DNA of 64,000 bases from Utricularia gibba. Its lineage: Eukaryota > Plantae > Magnoliophyta. The first letter of the stretch is position 1. Each line of letters opens with the position of its first letter. The notes below the pieces were generated by a model. It was not told the DNA's origin and made no database searches. It saw only the letters and a list, made by a program, of their open reading frames with translations. Positions 1 to 13,339 of this stretch are shown piece by piece. Location of the stretch: NCBI GenBank assembly GCA_002189035.1, contig NEEC01000013.1:62001-126000 (forward strand), read 5' to 3'. The translations under genes were made by a program, and so were the position numbers.

Positions 1-690
1 AAAGAGAAATGTGGTTGCTGATGCATTAAGTAGGAGGAATCAAGGATTGATGAGCAGTATGCTAGTCAACAAATTTTAGAAGTTAAGTATAGAAGTAATT
101 GAGTCTACTGAGACGATGATAGTTGCTATATTAGCAACTCTAAACATTTTTGATGATGCACAAGAACCCTATCTGATGAGAAGCTTACTGGCACTCCATA
201 CAACATCACTATTTCGTCAATGTAAAGTTTTGCTAGTTGATCCAAGGGGTTAGTAGACTTTACAAGAAGAAAATGAGCTACTCAAATCACCCATGTCACA
301 TCCTTTTTTGTCGGTGTTTTTGAAAGGCCAACAACAAAATCCATGGTAACATGATCCCACTTCCATTCTAGTATCTCTAAATATTGTAGTTCACCTTCTG
401 GATTTTTATGCTTAGCCTTCACCTTCTGATAGACATCCCAACATGCAACATATCTTGCAATATCCGCTTCATGGTAGGCCACCATCAATGCTTCTTTAAG
501 TCCCTATACATTTTGTTTCTACCAGGGTGCTAAATTAGTGAGTTTTGGGAACAAACAACCTCTTCCCCTACTTAGCAAGTCCCTCAGATATTTGCAATTG
601 TTGTTGCTTTCCTTTAGCTAGTAACTTTTTTCATTTCATAACTAATAGATCATTTTCTTGAGCTTGTTTTACCAAATCACATTATATTAT
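1..690. mobile_element. Decayed Ty3/gypsy (Tekay/Del-like) pol fragment with internal inversion
   Basis: Plus strand 2-37 reads KRNVVADALSRR (end of RNase H). Minus strand ~690 to ~166 reads integrase: HPGRNKMYRDLKKH, EWKWDHVTMDFVVGL, LYIDEIVMLYGVPVSFSSDR. Stops and frameshifts are present. Confidence 0.85.
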
Positions 691-1662
691 CCATTTATTT
701 TTGGGCACCCAAAACTCACAATTTTACGTCCTCCTCATTCAAGGAAAAGTTCTCATGCAAGGCCCCTAGTACATTCAAGCACATCCTCTTCCCCCCCCCC
801 CCCCCCCCATTCGTAACCAACATGAGATATTATAACTGTCACAAGGCCCCTAGCCATACATGCTTCCCCTCTTCGACAATCATTGTCACAACCAACCCTT
901 GCTTTCCACGATATTGTCCCCTTTAGGCACCCAGCCCCCATGCTTTTACGTTCCCCCATTATAGAGAAAGATCTTATATAAGATTAGTAAAGTCCCTCAA
1001 TTTAAGCATGTCCCCTCCCCCATCCATAATCAATGTGAGATACTAGAACCATCGTGAGGCCCCTAACCTTACATTCTTCCCCACTTAGATACTCGGAGAA
1101 AGATCAGACATGCAATCATGGCCAATCAGAAAGCACCATGTGTTTTATCAAGGTAATGACATGTGTTTCATTTGGAACAAACAAAGATGAAACATGCAGC
1201 ATGATCAATCAGAAAATGCCACGTGTTTTAATATGGCATTTGCATGTGTTTCATGTAGAATCAAAAGGTACTGTGTATTTTAATCAGTTGGTGATGTGTA
1301 TCTCGTTTAAAGGAATTACAAATAAGCATGAATAATGTTATAAAGAGAAGATAGATGAAGGGAAAAATATTGGAAAGGAGGAAAAGGGGAGGATTGAAGG
1401 GGAATATGCTGATAGAGATATCATTGAGTTTGTAGCATTGTGAACTTCAGTCTCCTAAGAGTTGTGTTGCAAAAATCACATAACTTTGCAGGCTCATATC
1501 AGAGATGTATACAAAAGAGTTGGCTTTGGAAGGAGCTGATTTAGACAAGGATAAGTGGGATGATGGGTTCTGAATGTCAGTGCTATGTTCTATGTGCAAA
1601 TTTGTGCTTACATGACTGTCTATATTGTTCATGATTTTTATGTGTTGATTGACTATGATTCA

Positions 1663-2260
1663 TGATGAGCCCCCGAAAGATAATGAAGAGTATTTAAAAA
1701 ATAATGAAGATGTTGCGCAAGTGAACACATTGGATAGTAAGATCATTCCACTAGAACCAATGAAAAGAAGTAAGAGCAAGATGATTGAGAAGCTACACTC
1801 AAGGCTCTACTCAATACTATTGGAATAAACATTGGACTTAAAGTCTTATCATCAAAAGAGTTCAACTACTGGAGTCTAAATCTACCTTAGAGCCCAAAAC
1901 ATCTCCTCATCTGTTATGTGTGTTATTGGACTTGTTAGGTTTTCCTTTTTATTTAGTTTGGGTTTTGTAATGTTAGAGCCCAATTCTAGAGTATAAATAC
2001 TCTAAAAATGCACTCTTGGAGGAACTTTAGTTCATTTTCATGTATTTTGTGAGGAATTTGTTATTCTTTGAGTACTTGAACACTATTGACTTATCAAACT
2101 TTGAGTTTGTAATGTCCTAGTATTATCAATTCCAATTCCTTCTCCTTCTGAAGTGTGACTCCTAATTTCCCTTCTTTCATAATTTAGTTGCAAGAGATTC
2201 ATTCTCTTGAGGGTAGACTCAGGTGGGTTCCTAATCTTTTTAGATTAGAGGGTTACATCA
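1663..2260 (+). mobile_element. Solo LTR, 598 bp, CRM-like chromovirus (clade inferred)
   Basis: Ends TGATG...CATCA. Exact 5-bp TSD ATTCA (1658-1662 and 2261-2265). TATAAATA at ~1992. No PBS after the end. TGATG/CATCA termini are typical of the CRM clade. Confidence 0.8.
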
Positions 2261-2799
2261 ATTCATGAGATATGTTCAATGTGACTTTTGCATCTTTAAA
2301 TGTTTTGATTATGTTTCAAAAAGAATTTGTTGGTTTGCAGATGGAAGTAGGAAGTTATGAGTTTGTTTTTAAAACCATTGGAATCTATCAAGCCCTAGAA
2401 ACTGGTTTTCGAGTCCAACTTCTAGATTTTGTAACTTTATATTGAGTGCTTGAATTTCTGTGATTTTTGTTACTTGAGAAAGCCTTGCTCCTTAATAACT
2501 ATTTTTATTTGAAATAAGGAAAAGTTCATGAAATATGACATGGTGTTCATGTGTATTGTGATGTGTCATGAAATTCAGATGTAGTGCTTTAACATAAAAA
2601 ACTTATGGAGAAGTTGTAGACACACACTCCTGTTTGTCAAGGATGATTGAGGCAATTCCTTTTGGAGTTTTATTCACCAAATGATATGAGGTTGAGGAAC
2701 TGAATGGAAAAAGGGAAAAAGGGAAAAAAAAAAAAAGGCTGCAACCGTGTGAAGTTGTAAAGGTGGTGGCAAACCCCTCTAAATTTCATGAGGTTAAAG

Positions 2800-3102
2800 T
2801 AGGGCTGTAAACGAGTCAAGCCGGCTCGCGAGCTTTTTCGAGCTGGCTCGAGTTTGAATGATATTTTAGATATTATTTTATAAAGTAATTTTAAGTTAAA
2901 AAATATATAAAAAAAAATTATAAAAAAATTCAAGCTAACTCGAGTTGGGCTCGAGCTTGAATCGAGCCCGAGCTCAAGCCAAGTTTTCCCAGGCTTGATG
3001 AGCTTGAGCTTGAGCTTGAGCCTAAAAATGTGTCATCGAGCTCGAGCTCGAGCTCCAAATTTTCCAGAAAGCTCGGCTCAACTCGACTCGTTTGCACCCC
3101 TA
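2800..3102. mobile_element. hAT-family MITE, 303 bp
   Basis: TIRs TAGGGCTGTAAACGAG / CTCGTTTGCACCCCTA (14/16 match). Exact 8-bp TSD GGTTAAAG (2792-2799 and 3103-3110). Many subterminal GAGCTCG/CTCGAG repeats around an AT-rich core. Confidence 0.93.
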
Positions 3103-4156
3103 GGTTAAAGGCAAAAGAACCACTGGATCTTGGTTTCTAAGGTATCTAGATTGAAGTTACATAGGTGAAGGGTGTGCAACCATGCATATAAATAGTCACA
3201 TAGTTAACAGACTAATGATATGTTAATTGTTATTATTGATTCTTCATATTATCCAATGAGTCTTTATTCTAAATAGTTGTATACTTACTCTACATGGTTT
3301 TCTTGATTTTATGTATTACATTTAGTACCTTGACTACTAATTACTCTAACAAATGAATGGAAAAGATAGGATTAGATGTTGTAATCCAAGTCATAGGCGA
3401 AATAATCTCATTTTCAGCCATTTTGGTGCCTTTTGTTTGTGAGCCTTGATTGGTCCTTCAAAATGGAGTTCGCCTTCAAACTAATCCTTGTGTTTTTAGG
3501 TTGTCTTTGTGAGTCCTTTAAAAATTGAGTTTATATAGTAAGTTATATCTATTAAACTAAACATATTCACACTATGCTTACTATGGTTGTGTGAATGATT
3601 TTCTTTTTATTTCAACTCTTCCTATATGATGTTCACCAAACTATATCCAATCTTCTTTTGAATTTAAATTTATGGAATAATAGAACCTCATGTTCCTCTT
3701 TAGAAACATGACATTAAAACCTAAGTTCATAAAATGTGAATTTGGGGCTTGACACAAACACCCACAATGAGTTCCATAGTCAAGAGAAGTTAAGATAAAC
3801 CCAATGCTCCTTGATATATTTCTTTTCAAGAGAAGTTACGATACAGCCAATGCTCATTGATATATTTCTTTTCAATGGTAACGCTCCTTGATATTAACTA
3901 CGGCTACTGAGTTAGAGGAAAAAAGCAAGAACTTCAGGCTTCTATTAATTACAGTGTAGTTACGCAAGCTCCCATCAGCTTGTATGCTACTGGTAACTAG
4001 CTGTACATTTCAAACAAAAGGCTATTCGGACGCAACCTCCCTTTCGTTGCTCATGGTGACAAAAAATTGCCTCGGGGCAAAAACAGCTACAATCTAACGT
4101 GGGTGGAGGGCAGCTTAACATCTAACAAGTTGCACATATTTGTGACTGATTATCGA

Positions 4157-7100
4157 TCAACGCCGGGATCCTTCAAATAGGAATCGGAGATCTTCTATGG
4201 TCAGCCGAGCTGCATGGCCGCCGCTTTGATTCTCACCAAAAGCAGATGCAACTATGTTCCTCTTGTTTTCCTGACAACAGGATTTCGATTAGCTTAAACA
4301 AGCTGCATCCCCACAGGGTATTTTAAAGCTAGGAGCACAACGCCGAGATAGACGAATTCCTCATGGTATTGAGAAGTTTTCCATATGAAATTCAGGGGCA
4401 ACACTCTATTTTAAAAGAATACTCCTTCTGCCTTCTATGTGCTTTCTGAATTTCTAATAACAAACGTTAAAAGCACTCTCTAATACAATAACCAAGTAAC
4501 CACAGAATTGAGAGGCATTGACGGAAAAAAAACAGAATCCAATCAAAAAATGAAGTAAACAAACTTTTAATGCAGTAAAGTGCAGCAAAGAAACATAAAT
4601 ATACAGACCTGAAGAGCAAGAATTCGATCCTCAACCGTGCCATTGATAGTCAGCCTAGACACAGTAACGGGGCGTGTTTGTCCAATTCTGTGGGCTCGGT
4701 CAATTGCCTGGTCTTCTGTTGTTGGATTCCACCACAGATCCAACAGAATAACACGGCAAGCAGCAACCATATTCAGACCCAGATTCCCAGCTTTTAGGGA
4801 CATTAGCATGACGTCCACCTACAGAACAACAGGAACTCAGAACTGGAAAAAGTAATGTAAAGCAAACAGCTAGGATTAGAGGATGATTAAAGCAAACAAT
4901 TTAGAAACATTGAAAAAATAACAGATTGAAGAAGGTCCAACCTCAGGTTTCATATTGAAGTCTTTGACAGCTTTATCTCTGGAAGCTATTGACATGGTTC
5001 CATCGAGCCTCCTGTAACTGATAGAGGAATTCTTTAAGGAAATCTCCATTAGATCCAGCATGCTAGTCCACTGGGAAAAAACAATAGCCTTTTCAGCTCC
5101 AAATCTCACTGAGTGCAAGTATGCACCATTAGATGATGAAGCTCCCACAGTATCTTTGGAGAAATCGTTTAATTTGTTTCTTCGACCCATTGATTTGCAA
5201 TGTAAAAGAAGAATATCGAGAGCTGCCTTGATTTTAGTAGATACATAATCCTTCTTTAGAACCCTAGATTCACACAGTTCATAAGGAGCAGAACTACTGC
5301 TATCATTAGCATCAGAAACACATCTTCTTAATGTAGATGCAGAATATACCACATCAGCACCAACTTGCTCTTTGCATTCAGGAGCAGGGCAAGTGTTGTC
5401 CTCACCGGTCAGATATTCTGACACACACTGATAACAGAAAACATGGCCGCACATAGTCACAACAGCATTTTCAGGAGTGTCCTACAGCCGCATTAAACCA
5501 TTCAGTACAGGAAATTCTCATCAATCACTTTTTTTTGTTTTTCCATGCCAAAAATAAAATAACTGCTCATCGAACAAGAAATATGCAGATGACTTAATAT
5601 GACCCAACTAATGAAGTGAAAAAACTTAAGAAATTGCTGCCTTATTACCCTTAGTGAATGAATTAGTGAATTCCAACTGGGCACTACTTTGAGGCAACCA
5701 AACAACATTTTATACACCACAAAAATCTTCACACCAGGGGGGTGCATACTTTAATTGGAATTTGCAAGAATAACAGAAAACCTCACTAACGACTTAATCT
5801 CAGTGAAAAGTTGTCTCATTTGACCACAGATAAGAACAGAAGAAACATATCCAACAACGTACAGGGACCCAAAATTCAAAATAAATAAAAATACATGAAA
5901 AAAAAACTTACCTCGCATACAAGGCATATCGCAAGTGAAGTCTCCAACTTCTTCAGCAGATTAAATAGTAGATCCCTAGGCAAGACCTTGGCCATATCAC
6001 AAGAAACTTTCCCCAAGGGATCAGAGCCCAAACCCTTAACCAGAAGTGGGTGGTCACAAGCTTGGCGAAGACGAAGAAGCATCAACAGTATGTTTGCATA
6101 ATTTTGGTTTACAGTGCCAGCAGCAGCATAAGCCTGAAAACCAGTTTCTCTGGGTAACCATTTCCGGTGAAAACTATATGCATGAAATCACAAATGCTCT
6201 TTCCACACCACAACACAGGGGAAGTGGTGTTAAACTGCTTATTATCAAAACTGTAGTATTACATCAGCATATACCATAAGGTTTTGCTCAAAAGCCATAT
6301 ACTTTAATTTGGATGCATAAAATTAAAGATGCATCTGAATTCTAGGACATCATCTCATAGTTTTCAATCAAATGATTCAGATTGGAGTCCTGGACAATTA
6401 TGCTACCTTACTTAATTGTACATGCCATACAAGGCAGTAATGCAATTCAAAATAGCATCAACATATTATATCCTTCTGCTAACCCATCAACTCCTCATAG
6501 CCTACTTGTAAAACAGCCTCAACATCAATATATCTTCCCGATCAAAACAAAAGGAACAAGCTTTAAAATTAGTTTCCCTATAGAACTCACTGCCTTGTAT
6601 AAATTGCCTTATTAGACGCAGCTGGAATTACAAGTTCTTCTTAACATAACTATTTTCTTTTCTTCAGATAATAGAATAGGCTGATCCATATCCTATTCAG
6701 CACCCTTGGAGTTTAAAAAATTTAAAATAAAGTAAAGAATTATATAGAGAGGTAGACCCACCTTGAACTGCTTCTTAGAATCAGCTTCAAGTGTTAGATA
6801 GAAAGCCCTTTCTTCTGCTGAGAATTCAACCTTCTTTAAGTCAACTTTTTTGGGAGGTAGGTTGATAATAGGTTCACCTCCGATCAATGTCCCTGTTCAA
6901 AAAGTTCAAATGAATTTCAAATATAAAAATTTCAAGACAGTGTTAATTGCAGTAGATGGGTAAAAGGAAAACAAAAAATAACGCAAGTTTGAGAAATAAG
7001 AAAAACAATATACCACATTGTCAAATTTAAATTAACAACTAACAAAACATCATTACAGCTACCAGACATTATAAACGCATGAAATCAACTTGAACTCACA

Positions 7101-9444
7101 TTACCAGGAGACCACCTTGATTATGGCAGAGAAAATGAGGAAACATTGGACATCCAAACAGAAATAATCTACTTTCTGTAAACTGAGAAACCATCAGAAA
7201 TTCACCTTTAGTTCTTCGCAACATGATATTCCTTAAGACAAGATGAAGCTTTTTATAGCCAGTAAATGAGTCCCTTGTTATCAATGCCTTGAGATTTAAG
7301 GCAAAATATTTGTACTTATCGTATGGGTCATATCTCAAAAATCTGAAGTAACTGAACAATTCATCAACAGAATTTTGTATAGGTGTTCCAGATAAACACC
7401 ATCTTCGTTTGGCTCTAATGCTGCAACAGGCTCTAGCCACTTGAGTTCGATGGTTTTTTATCATTTGAGATTCATCCAATACAACTCTAGACCATTTCAC
7501 TCTTGCTAATGTGCCACAGCTGCCATCCAAATAAGCCATATCCATTCCTTTCTTCCCCTTCTTCAATTTCTTATTTAAGGATGCTTTTTTTCGTTTCTTC
7601 CCTAAAAAGGCTGAAGATAATCCATAGTGGCCGCCATCCTTTTGTTCGTCATCATCATCATCCACCAAAGTTTGCTTTGGAACTTCATTCGTCACTATAG
7701 CATATGTAGTTAAAACTACATCATGCTTTGCTAATAAAGCAGGGTCCTTAGTCCTATTGCCTCCATGATAAATGAGAACAGAAAGCCTGGCTTCATCAGC
7801 CACTTTTTCTTCCAATTCCCGAGCCCACTGTCTAAGAACACTGGCAGGGCAAACAACCAAAGTTCCAGCTGTGGGTCTCCTGCTTTTGAAAGTGCTCGCT
7901 GTGTCAGCTTCTGGTAAAATGTTAACATCATCAGATTCTTTTTGCAGGTTCAAGTCATCGAGTGAAATACAACCATTATTTTCATCGCAATCATCCAAAT
8001 TCAAGGCCTCAGATTTGACATTACAGGAGTTTTTGGGTTTAAATCCTGCCTCCAAATACTTCTGCATCTGTATCAGTGAAATCATTGAAACAGTCTTGCC
8101 CAAACCCTGCAGTCAAGGCCGCTCGAATTCTCAGAAGAGGTAGCATGATAACAGAAGGAATGGCATATTCTAGTTCATAATATTCTAAGTGTAATTTGAC
8201 CTGGTCATCTGCCAGAATTCCACCCAAACACAAACCGGATGATTCTTTGCTAAGCATCCATGCCAAAGCAATTTTCTGAAAGTTGAAAAGTCTAAACTCG
8301 ACACAAATATAAATTAAAATAAATGACAAATCTCCATATGAAAAAGGAACCTGGTGCCTAAGAAGAGGAACTGACAAGAGACCGCCAGGTAAAATAGCTT
8401 CAGAAGTAGGCTGATGAAGATTCTGCATTAAGAATGAAAACAAGTTACACATGTGCATATCCAAGTTTACAAACTTTAGAATCGCTGAGTAGGACAACCA
8501 GAAGCATATTCTACAGAGCATTCAATCAAGCATTATAGGTGGAGGGTGAAACCACATGGGCAATTGCAACTGAAAAAAACTTCATCGCAATTCACATCGA
8601 GGATAAGATTAGGAGCATGAAAAGCCTAAGAATGAACTCTACACCCATGAAATCATAGAAAAAAAGAACTTTTCCATGAAACCAACATTTACCTGGACAA
8701 CCTCTTGAAATACAAATCTTTCGTCAGGCCCATCCTCCCCTTCAAATATTCCAGTATGATGCAAGGAATCATTCAGACCACCATGTGCATTAATCACTGA
8801 GTGTTTAACAGATATCAAAGATGGAGGTAGAACCCTATTTACTCTCAATGAATCAACCCCTGCTCCCCGAATTGAGTTTCCATCCACAAGGTTATCCATA
8901 CCATTTTTCTTTGACCATGCTACATGTTGATTCTGTTTTCCATAATTTTTATTTGGGCCACTGTTTTCCCCTGTGTTATTAAAATGTACACTAGAAGAAG
9001 AAGGTTGCAAGGATGAGGAAACGACCCTGATCATGGCCAATTTTTCACGATCACGGAAGCCAACTTGATCATTTACATTAGTATCAGGCATTGAACTTGA
9101 AACTCCAATGTTCTTCACGACGTCCCATCTTTTAGAGGGCAATCGGCACGTCTCATCAATTTTCCTTTTCCATGCAGATACTTCTTTAGGAGAAAGGACG
9201 TTATGAGCTGGAAATTCGATTTTAGGTAACATATCATTTGTCACGTCATGTCTAAAGAATAAAATCTGGCAGAGGTGCCATTACCAATCAAATCCATGTT
9301 ATTTGGAGAATCCCATGCAGGAAGAACCCTGGAGCTCTTAGACGAAGTAGCTTCTCCAACAGGGGAAGCGTTGGAATAATTTTCTATCTCCTGTAAGTCA
9401 GAATCACTGTCACTGTCTGACGAGCTGATATCTATGAGATCCAT
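4157..9444 (-). CDS. CHR28: Helicase-like transcription factor, SNF2-RING-HELICc (CHR27/CHR28, FRG1/FRG2-like)
   Basis: Ten GT-AG exons join in frame: 9444-9285, 9207-8693, 8422-8351, 8275-8201, 8106-7206, 6892-6762, 6133-5912, 5481-4942, 4818-4609, 4270-4157 (2940 nt, 979 aa). Motifs: [79 protein letters not shown]-terminal [14 protein letters not shown]27 versus CHR28 cannot be resolved by eye. Confidence 0.93.
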
Positions 9445-10273
9445 ACCAAAACGCACTCTTTCACAAGGAGTAATCGCATTTGACCTGCAATCGGAATATT
9501 AAACAACAGCTCAACAAGGAAATAAATTTGAGGTGCACAACTAATGCTTCAAAATGGTGGGGCATAGCTGTACAGGAACACAATATAGGGCAGGAACTCG
9601 TACTGTTAACCAAAGAGATCCCAACTCAATATGCGGAGAAGAATCTCAATCAAAGCACCATTCTTCCAACATCTAACCCAAAATTTAAGGGGGCTGAAGA
9701 GTGACCGCCCCAGAATTCCTGCAGCCACTATGATCAACAAAAACAATAAAAGAAATTCTTTTTCAATTTAATTACACATGAATAAGAAAGGGAAAGACAA
9801 AACCTTAAAACGCATTTTCCGATCAAACTCAGTACAGGTATAACATGCAACTAGGAAACAGTTCATGCAGCTTAACAGTGTAAAAAACAAAGAATTAAAC
9901 CCTCTTAGCTGACCAGATACTCTTACGCTAAGCCGAGATACTCGAAATCAAGAAGCAGATTGCAAAAGCCCCAAACTGTGTGGAAAGTCTTATACCCTGA
10001 GATTTGTAGCAGAAGCCCTAATCCAAGATATCAGAAATTCGGAGCCGCGGCAAAGAAACCTCGTTCCCAATTTAGCTTTTAAATTACCCGTGTTTTTATT
10101 TTCATTCTATTTCAACATATATTCTTATATTGGTAAAATTATGGAAATTTAATATAAAACTTTAAAAAAAACCATTTTATTTTTCATTGAAATCCTATTT
10201 TCAATCTCTCCTCTCGACTTCAGCATAACTTTTAATAATCCACATGGGATTAAAAAATGATTTAAAATGGTAA

Positions 10274-10407
10274 GGCCTATTCATACATGTGAAAAACCAA
10301 TTAATAGACTTACCTCTATTGATTTTCAAAACTAAAATGTAGAAATAGTTATTAATTCAACCTAATTAATAAGAATAACTCTTATTTGATTTGATTAAAA
10401 ATAGGCC
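10274..10407. mobile_element. Possible degenerate Tourist-like MITE upstream of the helicase gene
   Basis: Inverted repeat AAGGCCTATT (10272-10281) / AATAGGCCTT (10400-10409). TAA on the left flank but TTC on the right. Confidence 0.3.
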
Positions 10408-10925
10408 TTCAAGTTAATTTGAATTTTTTCTCATAATTAATTTGTTTTTATGTGAAGATGAAAAAGTATAATGATGCAAAATTTTTAAATATAAAAACAA
10501 AGAATTCAAAAAAAACAACAAGACTATTGAAACCTATCATTAATTTTTTTTTTATATTATGGTTATTGATACAATGGAATAATACAATCTCTGATTCAAA
10601 TACAATTAAAATAATCCTTGAATAATCCACATGTAGATTTAAACGGTTGAGGTCACATTTGATCAGTATCCAATATGAGGGCAAGAAACAAGTAGAGGCT
10701 ACAAATTGATATCAAACTTGGTTCTTAGTGTAAATGGTGCTTTGAAGGTGGCTTGATCAATAATGAGTGTGGATTGTCCATTAATATTGAATGTTAACTT
10801 GGAGGGATAAAGGGGTTGGTACAAAGTTTTATTTGTCTAGTGTGAAGGGTGCGATAATAGGAGTGATCCTATCATAGTTAGCCAACCATAAAACAATTTT
10901 ACCTACTTGAAAATTTGAGGTATAG

Positions 10926-11700
10926 TGATAAAAACGAAAAATTTACAATGTCATTAAAATTGCAAATTTCTCTATCAAATAAATTTGTAAACCTAATTCA
11001 TATTCAATTATACAAAAAATATGAGTATAGTGAATTAGGATCGAATACAAAGAGCTATTTGCTTGTTTTGTGAGGGTTGATGCTTGTTGTTTTTTTCATG
11101 GTTAAGAGATTTAGTCTAAACTAAGATTAAGACAATTAGACGATAATAGAAAGAAAGATAGTAAATGGATAAAAGCATATCTTTATCTAAAATAAAAGAA
11201 GGTGAAGTCTTAAAACACTTAGAGGTAGTATGCTAATAACTACAAATATCTCAACCAAACCTAAAATCATTCACCTAACAAGTAAAATCACAAGTCTACC
11301 TAAACCTTTGTTTTTCCCTAAGTTTTGGTCTACCTCTAATTAAGGCTATTTATGATGAAAACCATAACTTCTCCCTACTAAATATATCTTGATTTGTTAA
11401 GAAAATACAGTGATTAAGTGGTAGTGTGGTCTAGTAATTAATAACCATCCTCATCCCCCTTAGTCACATCTAATTATCTAATCACTCATAATAAGGGAAA
11501 GGAAAACATTTTCATAACATAACATAAAAACCATCTTCATTCCACAACTTAACAACAAGAAAAGAGACAATAACATAAGCAATAATTGGAATCGTAAACA
11601 GTTTGCACGAAAAGCTAAAACTATTTGTCGTTGATTGTGTTCGAATCATATTCTTTGAAGGGTTTCATTTATCTTTTTCAAAAATCATCTAAGGATATAT
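10926..11700 (-). mobile_element. Family A LTR, diverged and truncated
   Basis: Starts TGATAAAAACGAAAAATT...TATCAAATAAATTTG like other A copies and is most similar to the 60983 copy. Right end is approximate. Confidence 0.6.
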
Positions 11701-11978
11701 TTACTAAATAGGATTTTATGGGATATAACTATTAGAGAAATCAGGTTCTTCCATTTGTTTTGGATATTTAAAAAAATAAAAACTCAAAATATAGGATTTC
11801 AAATAGTTGGAATTTGAGAAAAATGGAAGGGGAAAGAATGACATTTGAAATTCCAAATAATAAGGGATAATTTTATTTTTTAATATTATATTAAAACAAT
11901 TTTACTTTCATAATTTTTTTATTTCAAGTAAATCGATATTCTAATATTGTATTCAAGCTTTGGATGTTAGTGCTCATG

Positions 11979-13339
11979 TGATAAACGAAAATTACTAATG
12001 TCGTTGTAAAAATAAAATTTTCGTATCAAATAAATTGGTAATTCCTAATCCTCACAAAATACAAATTAAAAACAAAATGTAAAGCAGAACTAGAGGTCAA
12101 TCACAAGAAGCTGATGTTTGCTAAGTGTTTTAATAGAGATAGTGTTCAGAATAAATGTTGTTCTTAGTCTAAGATCAAACTAACAATAATAGTCAAACTC
12201 GTAAGTAAGTTCAAGTTGTAGAATAGAAAATAACAAGTGTTGGTTCTATGTATGGGATAATACTAAAATGCCTTAAGGTAATGCAGTTGACGTGGTACTA
12301 AATTTCCTAACTTAATTTACAATGTTTCTATACTCACAGCTCCAAACAACCTAAATCTACCTAGGTCATTCATCATATTTTCAGCTCATATAGTCCCCAA
12401 TATCAGTAACAACATCGCAATTGGGTCTACCCGCATACAAAATATATAGAACTAGGTTTACCCGATTCTATTGATTCCACCCTAGACTAATACCTACTAC
12501 TCTCATCTTAATTTGTTGGCCTTCCTCTAAATCAAGAATCTAAGTTGCAAAGCTATTTGTTTCTTCCCATAGGTCTACCTATGGAATGATACAAACAATA
12601 ACTAAGAAACAAAGATCAATTGCATTATTAACCCTAGTCCTACATCACCATTCTACACTTTAAGGTATCCTTAAAGTTTTCACTTCTCATGTACGGAAAA
12701 TAAAGCAATGTTTCATAGTCACGAACTGAAAAAAATATTCCCAACATTGTCAAACAAATAACCAATGAAAATAAAGTTTCAGCAAACTAAGTAAACAAAG
12801 TGTTCTATTTTCTGTTTGCTATTGTTCACAACGTGAAACAGTAGTGCTGACTGGGTCTTGGAAGTGTTCTTGAGGATGGGAGCCTTCTTCGCGAGAATCT
12901 CCATCTTCTCCTCTTCTGATTGGTGTTTGTAGTGTTGGAGCAGCCTCCCAGTGCGTCGCTGTTGCTGAAACTCTCAACCCTTTCGATTCTCTTTTGGCCT
13001 GAACTTGCAGACTATAGGCAGCAAAACAATGCTCTTTGTCTCTCTTCGGATATTGTGCCCTCTTCTACTTATTCTATACATTTTTTAGTCTGATTTGATG
13101 CTAATTCTCCTATTGAACTTAATTAAAGATCTCTAACAAAGGTGGTAGACTAAATCAAAGGATTTAGTCTACTTTTCAGCATAAACACAATATTAACGTA
13201 AACAGCATATAAATCATGAAAAACCACACAAATCTAATCTAAACCACAGTAAAATATAACAACTTTGCATTATAAAATGCAAAGAAAACGAGGAAAAGTG
13301 TAAAAGAGGATTTATATGATGAAATTTAGGGTTCTTACA
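11979..13339 (-). mobile_element. Family A solo LTR (Athila-like gypsy, inferred)
   Basis: TGATAAACG...CTTACA, colinear with the 19324 copy. CTCAT occurs at both flanks (11973-11977 and 13340-13344) but with a 1-nt offset on the left. Confidence 0.75.

Noticed and set aside
791-808. C18 run (and C17 at 22190-22206)
   Set aside because: Homopolymer expansions inside TE debris; other A copies have only a short C patch there, and run length is unreliable in assemblies.
2940-3060. Short GAGCTCGAG/GAGCTT repeats that superficially resemble a repeat-spacer array
   Set aside because: They are subterminal repeats of the hAT MITE in eukaryotic DNA and have no unique spacers.
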